A stretch of DNA of 64,000 nt from a virus. A model generated the notes under the pieces. It was not told where the DNA came from and did no database searches. It saw nothing but the letters and a program-made list of their open reading frames with translations. The translations under genes were made by a program, and so were the position numbers. The stretch is from the IMG/VR virus record IMGVR_UViG_3300011269_000001; one strand, written 5' to 3'. Every line of letters begins with the position of its first letter. The first letter of the stretch is position 1. Shown here piece after piece: positions 27,771 through 38,150 of the stretch.

Positions 27771-29051
27771 CTACCCTTTGACGCACAAAACTCCCTTTAG
27801 CGTGTGGACCACCTCCACCAGGTCTTTCTGGGCTTCCATGACGGCGTCGATGGGCTTATACGCGCCCGGGGTCTCGTCCAGGACGTCAACATCCTTCCGG
27901 CATTCGACCCCGGCAGTGGCCTGGGCGTGGTCTTCGAGACTAAAAGTCTTCCGGGCCTGGGTCCGGGACATGATTCTCCCGGCTCCGTGGCTGCAGCTCT
28001 GGAAGGACTCCTTGTTACCCAGGCCCCGGACGATGTAGCTTCTGGAACCCATGGACCCGGGAATGATACCCCAATCACCGACGCGAGCCCTCACAGCTCC
28101 CTTGCGTGTCACTAATACATTCTCCCCAAAATGGTGTTCGCGAGTCACATAGTTGTGATGGCAATTGACGAACATCGGCCCGACACCAGCAGCCAGGTCC
28201 AGGCCATTGTAGACTCTGTGCACCCGGTCCGGATATTTTTCCGCGAAGACGTTCACCACTGCCATGGCCATGATGATGCGGTTCGAGGACGCGTAGTCCT
28301 GAGCCCAGGTCACGGCCTCCCAATAGTCCTGAAAGTGCTCGGTATCCTCCGGCAGGTAAGCCAGGTCCTGGTCCGGCAGATTGACGAACCACCGGCGCAT
28401 GTCTTCCCGGGCCAGGTTGATGAAATAGGTGCCGATTTTGTTTCCCGGCCCGCGGCTTCCGGAGTGAAGCATTATCCAGACATTCTGCTCTTCGTCCAGA
28501 CAGACCTCGATGAAGTGGTTCCCGGTGCCGAGGGTGCCCAGGTGATTGTCGGCACGGCCGTGCAAAATCTGGGGATGTTTGGTAACGATGTCGTGGTACC
28601 GGAGAACCAGAGGCCCGTCCCAGAAACCATTCAGAATCAACTTCGGGACACTGTGCCAGGCCCCGCGGTCGCCGTCCTGGCCGTTGCTTGTCCGCCCATG
28701 CGGGACCCGGCGCTCAATCTCCTGACGTATTCCAGCTAGACTGTCCGGGAGGTCTGAGGCCTTCAGTGGCAGCTGAATCGCCATCATCCCGCAGCCAATG
28801 TCCACGCCCACGGCCGCGGGAATGACAGCACCACGGGTGGCGATAACCGTACCCACGGTTGAACCACGACCCGAGTGCACGTCCGGCATCACAGCCAGGT
28901 GCCGGTGGATGAACGGCATCGAAGCCAACTTCCGGAGCTGTTCCTGGGCCTCGGCTTCGAACAGAACACCCCGGGTCCAGTGCTTGACCGGGACCTTCAT
29001 CGCCGGCTGTGTTGCCGTTATCTGGAAGGCGTCGAAATTGGCTTCGGTCAT
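27771..29051 (-). CDS. rtcB: RtcB RNA ligase (3'-phosphate/5'-OH)
   Basis: AVMPDVHSG, VGVDIGCGM, LGTLGTGNHFIE, HSGSRG, CHHNY, TRKGA, IPGSMG, SHGAGR, DETPGAYK. Confidence 0.96.
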   Translation of the reverse strand: MTEANFDAFQITATQPAMKVPVKHWTRGVLFEAEAQEQLRKLASMPFIHRHLAVMPDVHSGRGSTVGTVIATRGAVIPAAVGVDIGCGMMAIQLPLKASDLPDSLAGIRQEIERRVPHGRTSNGQDGDRGAWHSVPKLILNGFWDGPLVLRYHDIVTKHPQILHGRADNHLGTLGTGNHFIEVCLDEEQNVWIMLHSGSRGPGNKIGTYFINLAREDMRRWFVNLPDQDLAYLPEDTEHFQDYWEAVTWAQDYASSNRIIMAMAVVNVFAEKYPDRVHRVYNGLDLAAGVGPMFVNCHHNYVTREHHFGENVLVTRKGAVRARVGDWGIIPGSMGSRSYIVRGLGNKESFQSCSHGAGRIMSRTQARKTFSLEDHAQATAGVECRKDVDVLDETPGAYKPIDAVMEAQKDLVEVVHTLKGVLCVKG

Positions 29052-29208
29052 GGCCCGAACCAATTTTTTGGAAGTAGAGCCACCACTCCACAGAGAATCA
29101 AGACGAATACGAAGAATCCGCCGAGAATTACGGCCTCTTCAATCTTTTCCTCGCGGGTCAGCTCTTTTTGAGGCAGGTTCGGGTCGGGATTCGGGCCGTT
29201 GAAGTCCA

Positions 29209-29580
29209 TTAGAACCATTCCTCAGGGTTAAGGTAACCACCTTTGGGGTGGCGCTTGGAGTTGGGCTCGGTTGGAATTTCCCCAGCCCATGACCGTATGT
29301 TCCAAGATGATGGTCCCAGGAGAGGGAGTTCAAACTTGACTGGAAGTGGGACGAAGCCATGGTCGAATTGATTAACCCAGCAGACCATTTCCAGGGGCAT
29401 CTTGCGCCAACGCTGGATGCCCCAGAACCTGAAACCAACACCGGTGGTCCCAACGCTGACGTTAGGCAGTTTTCTGCTGGCAGCAAAGTAGACTGGGCAG
29501 TTCAGGCCCTTACCGGGGCTGCCGTTGTCAATGTCTTCGCGGGTGATTTCGATTTCTACTGAGGGCGGCTGACTGGTCAT
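29209..29580 (-). CDS. Hypothetical protein
   Basis: EITREDIDNG...CPV..A pattern; coupled start. Confidence 0.5.
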   Translation of the reverse strand: MTSQPPSVEIEITREDIDNGSPGKGLNCPVYFAASRKLPNVSVGTTGVGFRFWGIQRWRKMPLEMVCWVNQFDHGFVPLPVKFELPLLGPSSWNIRSWAGEIPTEPNSKRHPKGGYLNPEEWF

Positions 29581-29846
29581 GAGTGCGCCGCGTAGATGAG
29601 CAGAACCGCTAGCACCAGGGCCGTGACGGCGATAATCTGCTTCAGGGTTTCTTTTATTTCTGGGTCCACGCCGGTATTGTACCAGAAACTACCGCCCGGA
29701 GTCCAGCTCCCTGAGGTTAGCGGGATGTACTCTGACCCTGATTCCACGTTCAAGCTTGACTTCCACGTAGTCGCCCCGGGTGTCAGTACCGAAGGCGGTG
29801 ATTTCCACGGCAGCACCTTCGGGGTGACAGTAAACCTTCTCTCCAA
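29577..29846 (-). CDS. Hypothetical membrane protein
   Basis: C-terminal hydrophobic helix. Confidence 0.4.
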   Translation of the reverse strand: MERRFTVTPKVLPWKSPPSVLTPGATTWKSSLNVESGSEYIPLTSGSWTPGGSFWYNTGVDPEIKETLKQIIAVTALVLAVLLIYAAHS

Positions 29847-29858
29847 CTTTGAATGGAT

Positions 29859-31796
29859 TCATGATGCCTTCCTTATCTTAAGCTGCTTCGCCTTACCGGT
29901 CAACCGCTCAATCAGGTCATTCAGGACCTGGACCGTCTCTTCAACCTTGTTGCCGTCCGAGGCCGCGTCCACGACCACGGCCTTGGCGGCAATCAGTTCC
30001 GCGATGTCCATGTCGATGGTCTCGGGCGCCAGCAGCTTCCACACGTTTACGCTCTGCTTCTGTCCGATGCGGTGAACCCGGTCTTCAGCCTGTTGCATAT
30101 CCGCCGGATTCCAGCCCTGCTCCACGAAGGCGACGTTGCTGGCTGCCGTCAGCGTGATTCCGACTCCGCCAGCCTTGAGGCTGCAGACGATGAGCCGGCA
30201 TGTGGGGTCATTCTGGAACCGGTCGACGTTGTTCTGTCGAACTTCCACGTCGTCATCGCCGCGGACCGAGGCACAGCCTGGGAAGGTCTTGACCAGAAGT
30301 TCTTGGATGTCCCGGTGATGGGCAAAGAGGACCAACTTCTCCCCGGACTCCAGGAAGTTCTCGACCCACTCCCGGACGCCTTCAATCTTGCCCCGGGCTG
30401 CTAACTGTTTCAGGGTCTCGATTTTGACCAGGTGCTCAGCCCGGACCGCAGCTGTCACATTGCCACCGGTCCTGGCGAGGTAGGCGATGAGATTGGCCTC
30501 GGCGCTGAGGTACTCGCTGAGATTGCTGAGCTGAATCTCGACTGTGGTCTTTACCTTGGCGGGAAGCTCTGGGAGAACATCCTTCTTCAGCCGGCGGATG
30601 TAGCAGCTGGCCCGGCAGTTGCGGTTCAGAACATCCAGGTCCCGGGGCTCGCCAAATTCCGTCCCGAAGCCGTTCTTGACCGCGTGAGCGTGGTGGTACC
30701 AGAGCTGATTGAAGCCACCGACATCCTCTAGGCGACCGATGATGTCCAGGGGGCTGATAATTTCCGCCGGCCGATTCAGGAACGGGGTGCCGGTGAGAAT
30801 CATCCGGATTCGGACGTTGCGGGCAAGCTTCTTGCTGGCGACCGTCCGCTTGGCCCGGTAGTTCTTGAGCAGGTGGCCCTCGTCGAAGATGACGGCGGCA
30901 GGATTCATCGCCACCAGGCGCCCCAGGTGCTCGCCGCGAATCAGGGCATCGTAGTGGATGATGGTCACGTCCGCGTTGTAGCTCCCGGGCTCGCCGTTCA
31001 GGACTTCAATGCTCTTGCCGGGCAACCACTTCGAGGTCTCGCGTGCCCAATTCAGCTTGAGGCTCTTCGGGCAGACGATGACGGCCGGGTAGCTGTTGGT
31101 GTCGGCGATGGTCGCCAGGGCTTGAACCGTCTTCCCGAGGCCCATCTCGTCAGCGATGATGACTCGCTCGTGCCGGGAAGCGTAGGCGACGCCAGCCTTC
31201 TGGAAGGGTCGAAGCTCGCCACCCAGGCCCGCGACCGTATGTTCGGCCGTTGCGGCGCTGCTGGCCTTGATGACGGCCTGGGTCGACTCCAGGGACTGAG
31301 TCCAGAGGTCGATGACCTCGTCGCCGACCTCGATTTCGAAGTTCCGGCAGAGATTGTTCAGGGGCTCCACGGCGACCAGGCTGTAGGGCACGGTCCAGGA
31401 AAGGGTTTCTTTATTCCAGCGACGGCCCGGAATGCCCTTGACGGCTGCCAGAAGCTCGGCAAAGCGCTTGTCGCGGCGCTCCCAGCCCACCGTAAAAACG
31501 CCATCCTTGTAGCTGATGGTACGAACGGGCTCAGATTGGGCCGGAGGAGGGGGAGGGACGGGAATCTCGCTGTAGAGGCAGCCAGAGGCCTCCAATTGAC
31601 CCCTGTACTTGCGAATCATCCGGTGAACTGCCACCAATTGCTTCGGGGACCATTTCTCGACCGGAATCGAGGCCATTTTCCGGCCGAAACCGGTGTCCAG
31701 GCCGTTGAAGCCCATGCCGTCTTCGGACCGGGCGCCGTCGCAGACACCGGCCAGGCTCTGGACCGCGGCGTAGAGGAGAGTAGGGTCGTAACTCAT
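29859..31796 (-). CDS. SNF2-family (HARP/SMARCAL1-like) helicase/ATPase
   Basis: LRPFQ, IADEMGLGKT, DEGH, LTGTP, GGVGITLT, QAEDRVHRIGQ; HARP-like IPGRRWN..W segment. Confidence 0.93.
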   Translation of the reverse strand: MSYDPTLLYAAVQSLAGVCDGARSEDGMGFNGLDTGFGRKMASIPVEKWSPKQLVAVHRMIRKYRGQLEASGCLYSEIPVPPPPPAQSEPVRTISYKDGVFTVGWERRDKRFAELLAAVKGIPGRRWNKETLSWTVPYSLVAVEPLNNLCRNFEIEVGDEVIDLWTQSLESTQAVIKASSAATAEHTVAGLGGELRPFQKAGVAYASRHERVIIADEMGLGKTVQALATIADTNSYPAVIVCPKSLKLNWARETSKWLPGKSIEVLNGEPGSYNADVTIIHYDALIRGEHLGRLVAMNPAAVIFDEGHLLKNYRAKRTVASKKLARNVRIRMILTGTPFLNRPAEIISPLDIIGRLEDVGGFNQLWYHHAHAVKNGFGTEFGEPRDLDVLNRNCRASCYIRRLKKDVLPELPAKVKTTVEIQLSNLSEYLSAEANLIAYLARTGGNVTAAVRAEHLVKIETLKQLAARGKIEGVREWVENFLESGEKLVLFAHHRDIQELLVKTFPGCASVRGDDDVEVRQNNVDRFQNDPTCRLIVCSLKAGGVGITLTAASNVAFVEQGWNPADMQQAEDRVHRIGQKQSVNVWKLLAPETIDMDIAELIAAKAVVVDAASDGNKVEETVQVLNDLIERLTGKAKQLKIRKAS

Positions 31797-32074
31797 GACC
31801 CAGAAATATTATTTTCCGGCGCCGATGTCAAGCGCCCGTTCATAGACAAAGAAACATCCCTGGTCATCCCAGCGTCGGGTAACCACACCGGTCTCAATCC
31901 TGATGAAATACACACCCTTGCGGTCCCAGCGACGGACTAAAATGCTCTTCTGTTCAGTTGGTGTTAGAAAAACCCCACTTTTGCGGAAATTCGGTACCAC
32001 GGGTGCCAATTACCAGAACAAAATCGCCCAGATACAGGTATAATGGGTCAGGTGGTGACCCGTCATGCCCATGG

Positions 32075-32516
32075 CTATCCTCCGTAGATTCTGTGGATGA
32101 TTCGCATCCACCATTGGAACTGCGGTCGGGGTGGTTTTTCTTCGGTCGGGATTTTTAAGAATTCGTGCCGGTGCCAGAAATCCTCTCGGGCGCGGTAACT
32201 AGCCTTGGTTTCGCCAAGATACTTGCCTACGCCCCAACGGAAGGTGACACATTCCATGATTGGACAGAGGTCTTCGATTTGAAGTGCCGAGCCCTCGCAC
32301 TCAGCGCTACTTTTCAAAAGATAGCCGGACGTTTTCAAGGCGTCGAGAAGTGGTTGCAATTTCTTTGCCTGTTCCTCGTACCTTGCCTTCTCCTCGGAGG
32401 TCGGGGGCCGGGGCGGGAATAGGCGGTCTTTGATTGCCCATCGCAAATCCGAGAGCGTGGGCTCCACCTGGTACCACCACCAACGTTTGAGCTTCCAGAT
32501 GGGGCCGAACATCATT
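32075..32516 (-). CDS. Hypothetical protein
   Basis: ORF in minus-strand block; start uncertain. Confidence 0.35.
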
Positions 32517-32687
32517 GGTCTCTTCTGTGTTGCTTGGGGCAAATGGGGCCGCAGTGCCATATCACTGGGCGGTTAATGGTACCAGTACAGTAGGCCGTGA
32601 ACAGCGGACAGGTTTCTCCGCACTCCTCGCAGACGATGGTGTCACCACTATCATCTGCAAACATTTCACTACTCTTGGATTCTTCCA

Positions 32688-33053
32688 TCATAACTTGGTC
32701 TTGTTGTGTTGAAAGGAACCCAAACCGTCCTGAAGTGCTTTTCGCGCGCCTTCAGTAAGAAGGTTGTTCAAAAGAGATTGTTGAACGTCTTTTTCTTTCA
32801 GTAGGACCTTGACACGTTTTCCTTGAGGAGCGCCGGGGTCCGTGGAAATGAGTCGGTATTTTTGACCAATGGGCTCGTCATCAGAAATGGTGTGGAACTG
32901 ATATCCAGACCGTTTTAGTTCGTGCAAACGAGCACCATAGCGGACGCCAGCAACTGTTTCCATTTCTTTCCAGCTGTGCCACAAGCAATCCTTCATGAGA
33001 TGGAAAAGGCGCTCACGTGCAGGTTTTAACAATCGACCGAAATTTGTACTCAT
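32688..33053 (-). CDS. HTH DNA-binding protein
   Basis: RYGARLHELKRSGY winged-HTH pattern. Confidence 0.55.
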   Translation of the reverse strand: MSTNFGRLLKPARERLFHLMKDCLWHSWKEMETVAGVRYGARLHELKRSGYQFHTISDDEPIGQKYRLISTDPGAPQGKRVKVLLKEKDVQQSLLNNLLTEGARKALQDGLGSFQHNKTKL

Positions 33054-33063
33054 CGTCTTTTGC

Positions 33064-33258
33064 TTAGTTCTGTTTCCGGTCAAGCTTCTGCTGGAAGTGT
33101 TTCACAAGAGCATCCTGGCCTTCACCAATCTGAGTCAAAAGGTCAGCCGCCCTTGAGTCAAACTTTCTTACCTCTTGAGCAGACTTCTGCGTGCGAACAG
33201 AGACATCTTGGTTGTTCGCCCACTCGCTTGCGAAATGTTGAAATTGTTCTTTCGTCAT
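33064..33258 (-). CDS. Small hypothetical protein
   Basis: Operon position. Confidence 0.4.
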   Translation of the reverse strand: MTKEQFQHFASEWANNQDVSVRTQKSAQEVRKFDSRAADLLTQIGEGQDALVKHFQQKLDRKQN

Positions 33259-33551
33259 TTTCTCATATCTCCTGCTGCTGAACCGAGCAAAAATGCAGCC
33301 ATGACCAGCGAGGTCATCGCTACGATGGTCTTAGCCAAGGGCTCCCAATGAGCCAATAGCCATGCCATCCATGGGTCACCGCCAATCATCGCTGCCGATA
33401 ATACCAGAAGCAAGGAAAATTGCCAAGACCACCACGACTCCCACGGTCGCCTTGAGTATCGGCGCCCAGTTAGCAAGCTCGAAAGCCTGTATCCGGTCCA
33501 TCACTTCCGCAGGAGTGGGCAGCCACATAGCGCGCAGGTAGGTTTCAGCCT

Positions 33552-34061
33552 TCAAGCCTTTTTGCCGCCGTGTCTGAAAGACCTTGTTTTATTATATTCG
33601 TGTTTAACTCTGACGGCTTTTTCGAGGTCAATTCCGTATCTGCCAGCCAGGTCACCAATGCGAATCAAGACGTCAGCAAGCTCAGCCGGGATGCCCTCGG
33701 GCTTCTCGATGCCGTTCTTGTCCGTGGACGTGTACTCGTGGCTCGGGGCATGACCGGCTCGGAACTCCTCAACAGCCTCGGCGACTTCTGTGACCACGAG
33801 CATCATTTTTTCGAGGACTTTTAACTCGTTGATGTGCTGTATCTGGCGGTCGATAATGCTTAGGAGAAACTTTACATGGGCGCTATCAACTCCAATGCTT
33901 TGGTCTGTCAGAATCCGGATGTTTTTCAACTTCACGTTTTCGACGGCGGAAATGCTCACCGGTAGGTCAGGCCACCAGCCTTTCGTTCGAGCTAAGCCGT
34001 AGGAGTTGTCCACCATTTCCTTGACCGTGAGTCGATTTTCGTCGGGGATATCTTTTTTCAT
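33552..34061 (-). CDS. MazG-like NTP pyrophosphohydrolase
   Basis: KGWW, LVVTEVAEAVEEFR, ELADVLIRIGDL, KHEYNKTR..RHGGK. Confidence 0.85.
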   Translation of the reverse strand: MKKDIPDENRLTVKEMVDNSYGLARTKGWWPDLPVSISAVENVKLKNIRILTDQSIGVDSAHVKFLLSIIDRQIQHINELKVLEKMMLVVTEVAEAVEEFRAGHAPSHEYTSTDKNGIEKPEGIPAELADVLIRIGDLAGRYGIDLEKAVRVKHEYNKTRSFRHGGKKA

Positions 34062-34064
34062 GGT

Positions 34065-34325
34065 TTAGTTCCTCAGGGCCGCAATCAGGCCTCGTTCAAG
34101 TTCCTTCTTGGCCTTGTCGGCCTCAGTCAAAAGTACTCCGTGGGCAATTTTGTCAGCTTCCCTGAATGATGGGAAGGTACCCAGGCGCTCACCGATAAGA
34201 CCGTGGCCAAGCATCAGGTCGAATTTGCCTCTGAGGTCATCGAAGACCGACAAATAGATGCGACCCACGTTGATGTAGAGACAACGGCAGCCGCATTCAC
34301 AGTACCGCCAATTGAGTTTGTTCAT
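34065..34325 (-). CDS. Hypothetical protein
   Basis: CECGC motif; coupled start. Confidence 0.45.
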   Translation of the reverse strand: MNKLNWRYCECGCRCLYINVGRIYLSVFDDLRGKFDLMLGHGLIGERLGTFPSFREADKIAHGVLLTEADKAKKELERGLIAALRN

Positions 34326-34660
34326 CGGGGAAGCTTTCCAGGCTTGTAGGGGTAAAAATTCTCATCCGACACTTTCCTGTTCACGTGAGAAGTAAGCTCG
34401 CGGTTCCAGCGGGCAGCGTCCCAAGCCATCCCCATTGCGCAGAGGGCGTTCACAATGGCGCCGGCCCGGTCGAGGAAATGGATATTGCAGAACGGTCGAA
34501 CGTCTTCTGGTTTGATGGTGAAGGGACGTCTTTGCTGCCAGGCCCCCGAGCTGATATTGTTCCCGAGGATAAGAGTCAGGTTCTCGGCAACGACCTTTAC
34601 CAGTTCCTCGCGGTTCTTGCCTTTGAAGAAGTTAGGATATTCCCACATAGGGTCTATCAT
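34322..34660 (-). CDS. Hypothetical protein
   Basis: Start at MIDPMWEY inferred from GGAGG RBS. Confidence 0.4.
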   Translation of the reverse strand: MIDPMWEYPNFFKGKNREELVKVVAENLTLILGNNISSGAWQQRRPFTIKPEDVRPFCNIHFLDRAGAIVNALCAMGMAWDAARWNRELTSHVNRKVSDENFYPYKPGKLPR

Positions 34661-34891
34661 TTTCGAGACCTCCACCAGGTCCGAAGGCGCTTGAATTGCC
34701 GGCCGGACCATCGGACCAGCTTGACGAGGTCCAGGGTTCTTTCTACGAAGAACTTTATCACTTCGTAGAACGCTACTGGAGCCCAGCACAGGAAGACGAA
34801 GGCAACTCCGGAATCTTCAACAAAAACAATTGCGGCCCGAACTTCTTCAGAAACATGGAGCGCGTCAAGGAGCGCGCTAGAGGCATGGAAC

Positions 34892-35332
34892 ATGGTGACG
34901 AGAGTATACCAGAATGCCCGAAACCGTCAAACCTTGAACCCCGGCGCCGGTTGTGGTATCATGCCGTCCGTGGCCATCAAATTCAAAAAAATAAAACCCG
35001 GCATGATTCTCTACGACCGGCGCCGGGATACGATGGGCAACACCCGGATGATGACCATCCGCGAGTGGCCGGTGGAAATCTTCACCGTAGACCCGGTGAC
35101 CTGGACCGCGGTGGTTAGCTGGAACCATAATTACCGGCAGATTTACGACGAGAGTAGACTCACCAGGCTCTATTCCTGGAGCATGTACGACCCCGGCGTG
35201 GTGGTCAAGACATTGACGACTGGCCAGGTTGTTAGGGTCAGCCGCAAGCCCGGGAAGAAAGCCATCCGGGCTGCTTCGGTGGCAGACGCCGCCTGGTCTG
35301 AAATGATGCCGGTGCCGAAAAGTCATGACTGA
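34892..35332 (+). CDS. Hypothetical protein
   Basis: First gene of a + strand accessory island; start uncertain. Confidence 0.45.
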   Translation: MVTRVYQNARNRQTLNPGAGCGIMPSVAIKFKKIKPGMILYDRRRDTMGNTRMMTIREWPVEIFTVDPVTWTAVVSWNHNYRQIYDESRLTRLYSWSMYDPGVVVKTLTTGQVVRVSRKPGKKAIRAASVADAAWSEMMPVPKSHD

Positions 35333-35750
35333 AACCAAAATTGAAGGCGATAATTTCACCGACGAAGAGCTTGTAGAGCTTCGCAGCGAACTGAGTGCTA
35401 CCGAATACTATGTCAGAACGCCGGTGGGAAAACTCGTAGCCAGGTTTATCAGGACCCTGTTTTGGTACAAACAGGTCACGGCATACCGGCAAGCATTAAG
35501 ACAGGAAGACCAACAAGCCTTCAAGAAAACACTGGAAATCCTCGAAGACCGCATTGTGGAACTGAAAAATAAACTTGCTGAGACCCAAGCCAGCGTCACC
35601 GGGATTCAGAAAGACGGGACTCGGTACGTGGAAGAAATCCGAGCCCTGAAAAAGCTGGAAGAGTACCTTCGGGAAGAGTGGAATTGCGTAGTACAGGCCG
35701 ATGACGCCAAGCCCATCTTTGATGAACTGAAAAGAATCCGCGAAACGTGA
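35325..35750 (+). CDS. Coiled-coil hypothetical protein
   Basis: Heptad-rich; overlapping start. Confidence 0.5.
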   Translation: MTETKIEGDNFTDEELVELRSELSATEYYVRTPVGKLVARFIRTLFWYKQVTAYRQALRQEDQQAFKKTLEILEDRIVELKNKLAETQASVTGIQKDGTRYVEEIRALKKLEEYLREEWNCVVQADDAKPIFDELKRIRET

Positions 35751-35751
35751 T

Positions 35752-36177
35752 ATGATAGGTACCAATCATGTCATTTGGGGATATCCCCAACCGCATCTTT
35801 TCCGGGCGTCCGACTATGGAGCAAAGATGAAAAAGAAAAGTGTAGCTGAAAAAATTGCCGTCATTAGGAAGAACCAGACGACTACGATTGAGAACTTGGT
35901 TCACAAATTGGCGATGCACGGCAATGCGCATCCAGAAATCTTCATCACGGCCCTTCGGAACGCTAACGTAATAACTATACACGGCAATTTGACAGATTTC
36001 TTCAAGGCCTTCTGTGCCCCGGAACCCAAACCCGGTGCTGAAGAGGTCCTGGAATCCTTGATGGATTATTTCGCCCGTGTACAGGTCAAGCGGCGCACCG
36101 CTCTACGGAAACGCTTCTATTCCGAGGAATTGACCGAGTCCCAACGGAAGCAGGATGCCCTGGAGCGCGAAGAATGA
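35752..36177 (+). CDS. Hypothetical protein
   Basis: Operon position; start may be MKKKS. Confidence 0.45.
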   Translation: MIGTNHVIWGYPQPHLFRASDYGAKMKKKSVAEKIAVIRKNQTTTIENLVHKLAMHGNAHPEIFITALRNANVITIHGNLTDFFKAFCAPEPKPGAEEVLESLMDYFARVQVKRRTALRKRFYSEELTESQRKQDALEREE

Positions 36178-36590
36178 GAGTCTACGTTGCTGGAAGTTTT
36201 GGTGAAATCCCCGCGGTCCGACATATCCAGGCTCTGGTCGCGGCCGCCGGCCATGAAATCACCCATGACTGGACCACGTTCCCGGTGGAGAAGCTCAAGT
36301 TTACCGGCGAAGCTCTCCATGAATTCTTGAAGAGTAGCGCTGATGCGGATTTCGACGGGGTCTGGAGAGCCGATGCGGTTCTGCTCCTTAACGACCCGAA
36401 GTGCTGTGCCACGTACTCGGAACTTGGGTTCGCACTTGCTTGGGGCAAGACAACGTTCGTGGTCGGCCGGGCTCTTCGCGAAAATATCTTTTTTAACATG
36501 GACGGGGTCTATCACTTCGTTAGTGCCGAAGAAGCCATCAAAGCCATGAGCATCTGGGAAGAAGAGAATCCAACTAAGGTTCGCAGATGA
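36174..36590 (+). CDS. Nucleoside 2-deoxyribosyltransferase-like protein
   Basis: RVYVAG, GHEITHDW, DFDGVWRADAVLLL, SELGFALAWGK. Confidence 0.8.
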   Translation: MRVYVAGSFGEIPAVRHIQALVAAAGHEITHDWTTFPVEKLKFTGEALHEFLKSSADADFDGVWRADAVLLLNDPKCCATYSELGFALAWGKTTFVVGRALRENIFFNMDGVYHFVSAEEAIKAMSIWEEENPTKVRR

Positions 36591-36997
36591 CCAAGAAGTT
36601 AACTCTAGCTTGGGCCGCAGGGTTCATAGATGGTGAAGGCTGTTTGCACGTTTGCAGAGGCCTTGGCAATGGTTTCGTCAGTCACGTGCCTGTTCTTACA
36701 GTTTCCCAATTAAGCCGTGGCCCACTTGAGCTGTTGCAGGTCATCTTCAACGGTGGCAATATTGGAGTTCAGAAAACCAAAAATACCAAGCAAGGTTGGC
36801 AATGGAGATTACGTGGCCAAGCTCTTTTCCCTGCGCTCAAGCGCCTTTTGCCTTATTTGACTGTTAAAAAAGCAGAAGCCGGTTTCCTATTGCAGAATGA
36901 AAGTTTATGGCCTGTGAATCTCAGAAGGAAGAAGCTCTCACTTGAGATAAAGCAGCAAAGAGAATGGGTTTGGAAAACCATGAAGGAGATGAAATGA
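36587..36997 (+). CDS. LAGLIDADG homing endonuclease (single motif)
   Basis: LAWAAGFIDGEGC, LTVSQ, LLPYLTVKK. Confidence 0.85.
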   Translation: MTKKLTLAWAAGFIDGEGCLHVCRGLGNGFVSHVPVLTVSQLSRGPLELLQVIFNGGNIGVQKTKNTKQGWQWRLRGQALFPALKRLLPYLTVKKAEAGFLLQNESLWPVNLRRKKLSLEIKQQREWVWKTMKEMK

Positions 36998-37124
36998 GCA
37001 GCTTTGCAGAAATCGGCGAATTGCTTTTCGACATCATCGTCATCCTCGGGGTTGCCTGGATTGCAACTGCCTTCGTCTTCGTCGTCGGGCTCAATCTCGG
37101 AAAGCTTTATAGGACCTTGACGAA

Positions 37125-37349
37125 ATGAGCTTCGTGTTCCCATGTGCAGTCTGCCTGGAGGCAATTCCTTTTCACTCCAACGCGGACCTGGAAGAATACG
37201 TAGGAGGTCGTCATCCAAGCAAGGTTCGGTGCAACGCCTGCGCGGAAGTAGAACTACGTTTCCCGGTCCTATTCCATTGGGTTCTGAAGATGATTGAAAA
37301 TCGTGTCCGGAAGGCCCTGGACGGACACGAGCTTTGGCACCACGACTAG
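37125..37349 (+). CDS. Small zinc-finger hypothetical protein
   Basis: CAVC...CNAC. Confidence 0.45.
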   Translation: MSFVFPCAVCLEAIPFHSNADLEEYVGGRHPSKVRCNACAEVELRFPVLFHWVLKMIENRVRKALDGHELWHHD

Positions 37350-37484
37350 AGACAATCTTCAACCCCATGGGCGGCGTCACCCTTATTGACCACCTTGAGA
37401 AAATATACGGGGCTACTCCAAAGGCGTGGCCCTTTTCTTTTTCACCCTGGTAGAGACAATCTATTCCCTAGGTGAGGAGACCCT

Positions 37485-37826
37485 ATGGAGCTTCCAGAGC
37501 TGTTGACCAGTCACGAGACCCGACTCCAACGCGTAGAAGAAGCATCACGGGAAGTAGCTGTTAAGATTGGTGAATACGGTGTCAAGATTGACAACCTCGG
37601 TACCCAGCTGCAGAACGGTTTCCATGAGATATCCACCCAGACAAAAGCCATCGGCGAAGCCGTCGGCAAGCATCTCCCCAGAATTGAAGCCCTCGAAGAC
37701 CTGGAGCAGAGACGCCGGAAGAGGGTCCGCGGTCTCAAGAAGTTCATAGTCCCCTTACTCATTGCCGGTGCCGGAGCTGTCAGTACCAAGCTCGGGACCG
37801 TAGTTGTCGACTGGTTCAGCCGATGA
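37485..37826 (+). CDS. Coiled-coil protein with C-terminal TM helix (XhlA/holin-like architecture)
   Basis: HETRLQRVE...RIEALED heptads plus hydrophobic tail; GAGGAG RBS. Confidence 0.5.
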   Translation: MELPELLTSHETRLQRVEEASREVAVKIGEYGVKIDNLGTQLQNGFHEISTQTKAIGEAVGKHLPRIEALEDLEQRRRKRVRGLKKFIVPLLIAGAGAVSTKLGTVVVDWFSR

Positions 37827-38083
37827 GATACACCGAAGAGAAATTGGTTTTTGGCATCGGCACTGCCCTGATGATGATGGCCAGCTGGCTGCTGACCAAG
37901 AGATATCCGGAACTGGCTGTGAGCTTGTCGACCCTCAATGGCGGCCTGATGGCGGTCTACGCCATCTTTGCTGGGGCGCACGTCAGTAACAAGTGGGTTG
38001 ACTCAAAGACCGGCAAGACCTACGACGAAGATATTGCCGCCGACAACCGGGCCCAGGCCCAGGACCTCAGCGACTACAAGTAA
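37823..38083 (+). CDS. Putative holin-like 2-TM membrane protein
   Basis: Two hydrophobic helices and a charged C-terminus. Confidence 0.45.
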   Translation: MRYTEEKLVFGIGTALMMMASWLLTKRYPELAVSLSTLNGGLMAVYAIFAGAHVSNKWVDSKTGKTYDEDIAADNRAQAQDLSDYK

Positions 38084-38150
38084 TTTGTTCCGGACATAAT
38101 CTAATATTTATGTGGTCATTTCACCACTCCCTTTGGTGGAGCACCTGAAT

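Noticed and set aside
35310-35324. 14/15 match (CGGTGCCGAAAAGTC) to the concatenated NN string of array unit 1
   Set aside because: Partial match and plausible by chance given several units and offsets; no exhaustive target search was possible.
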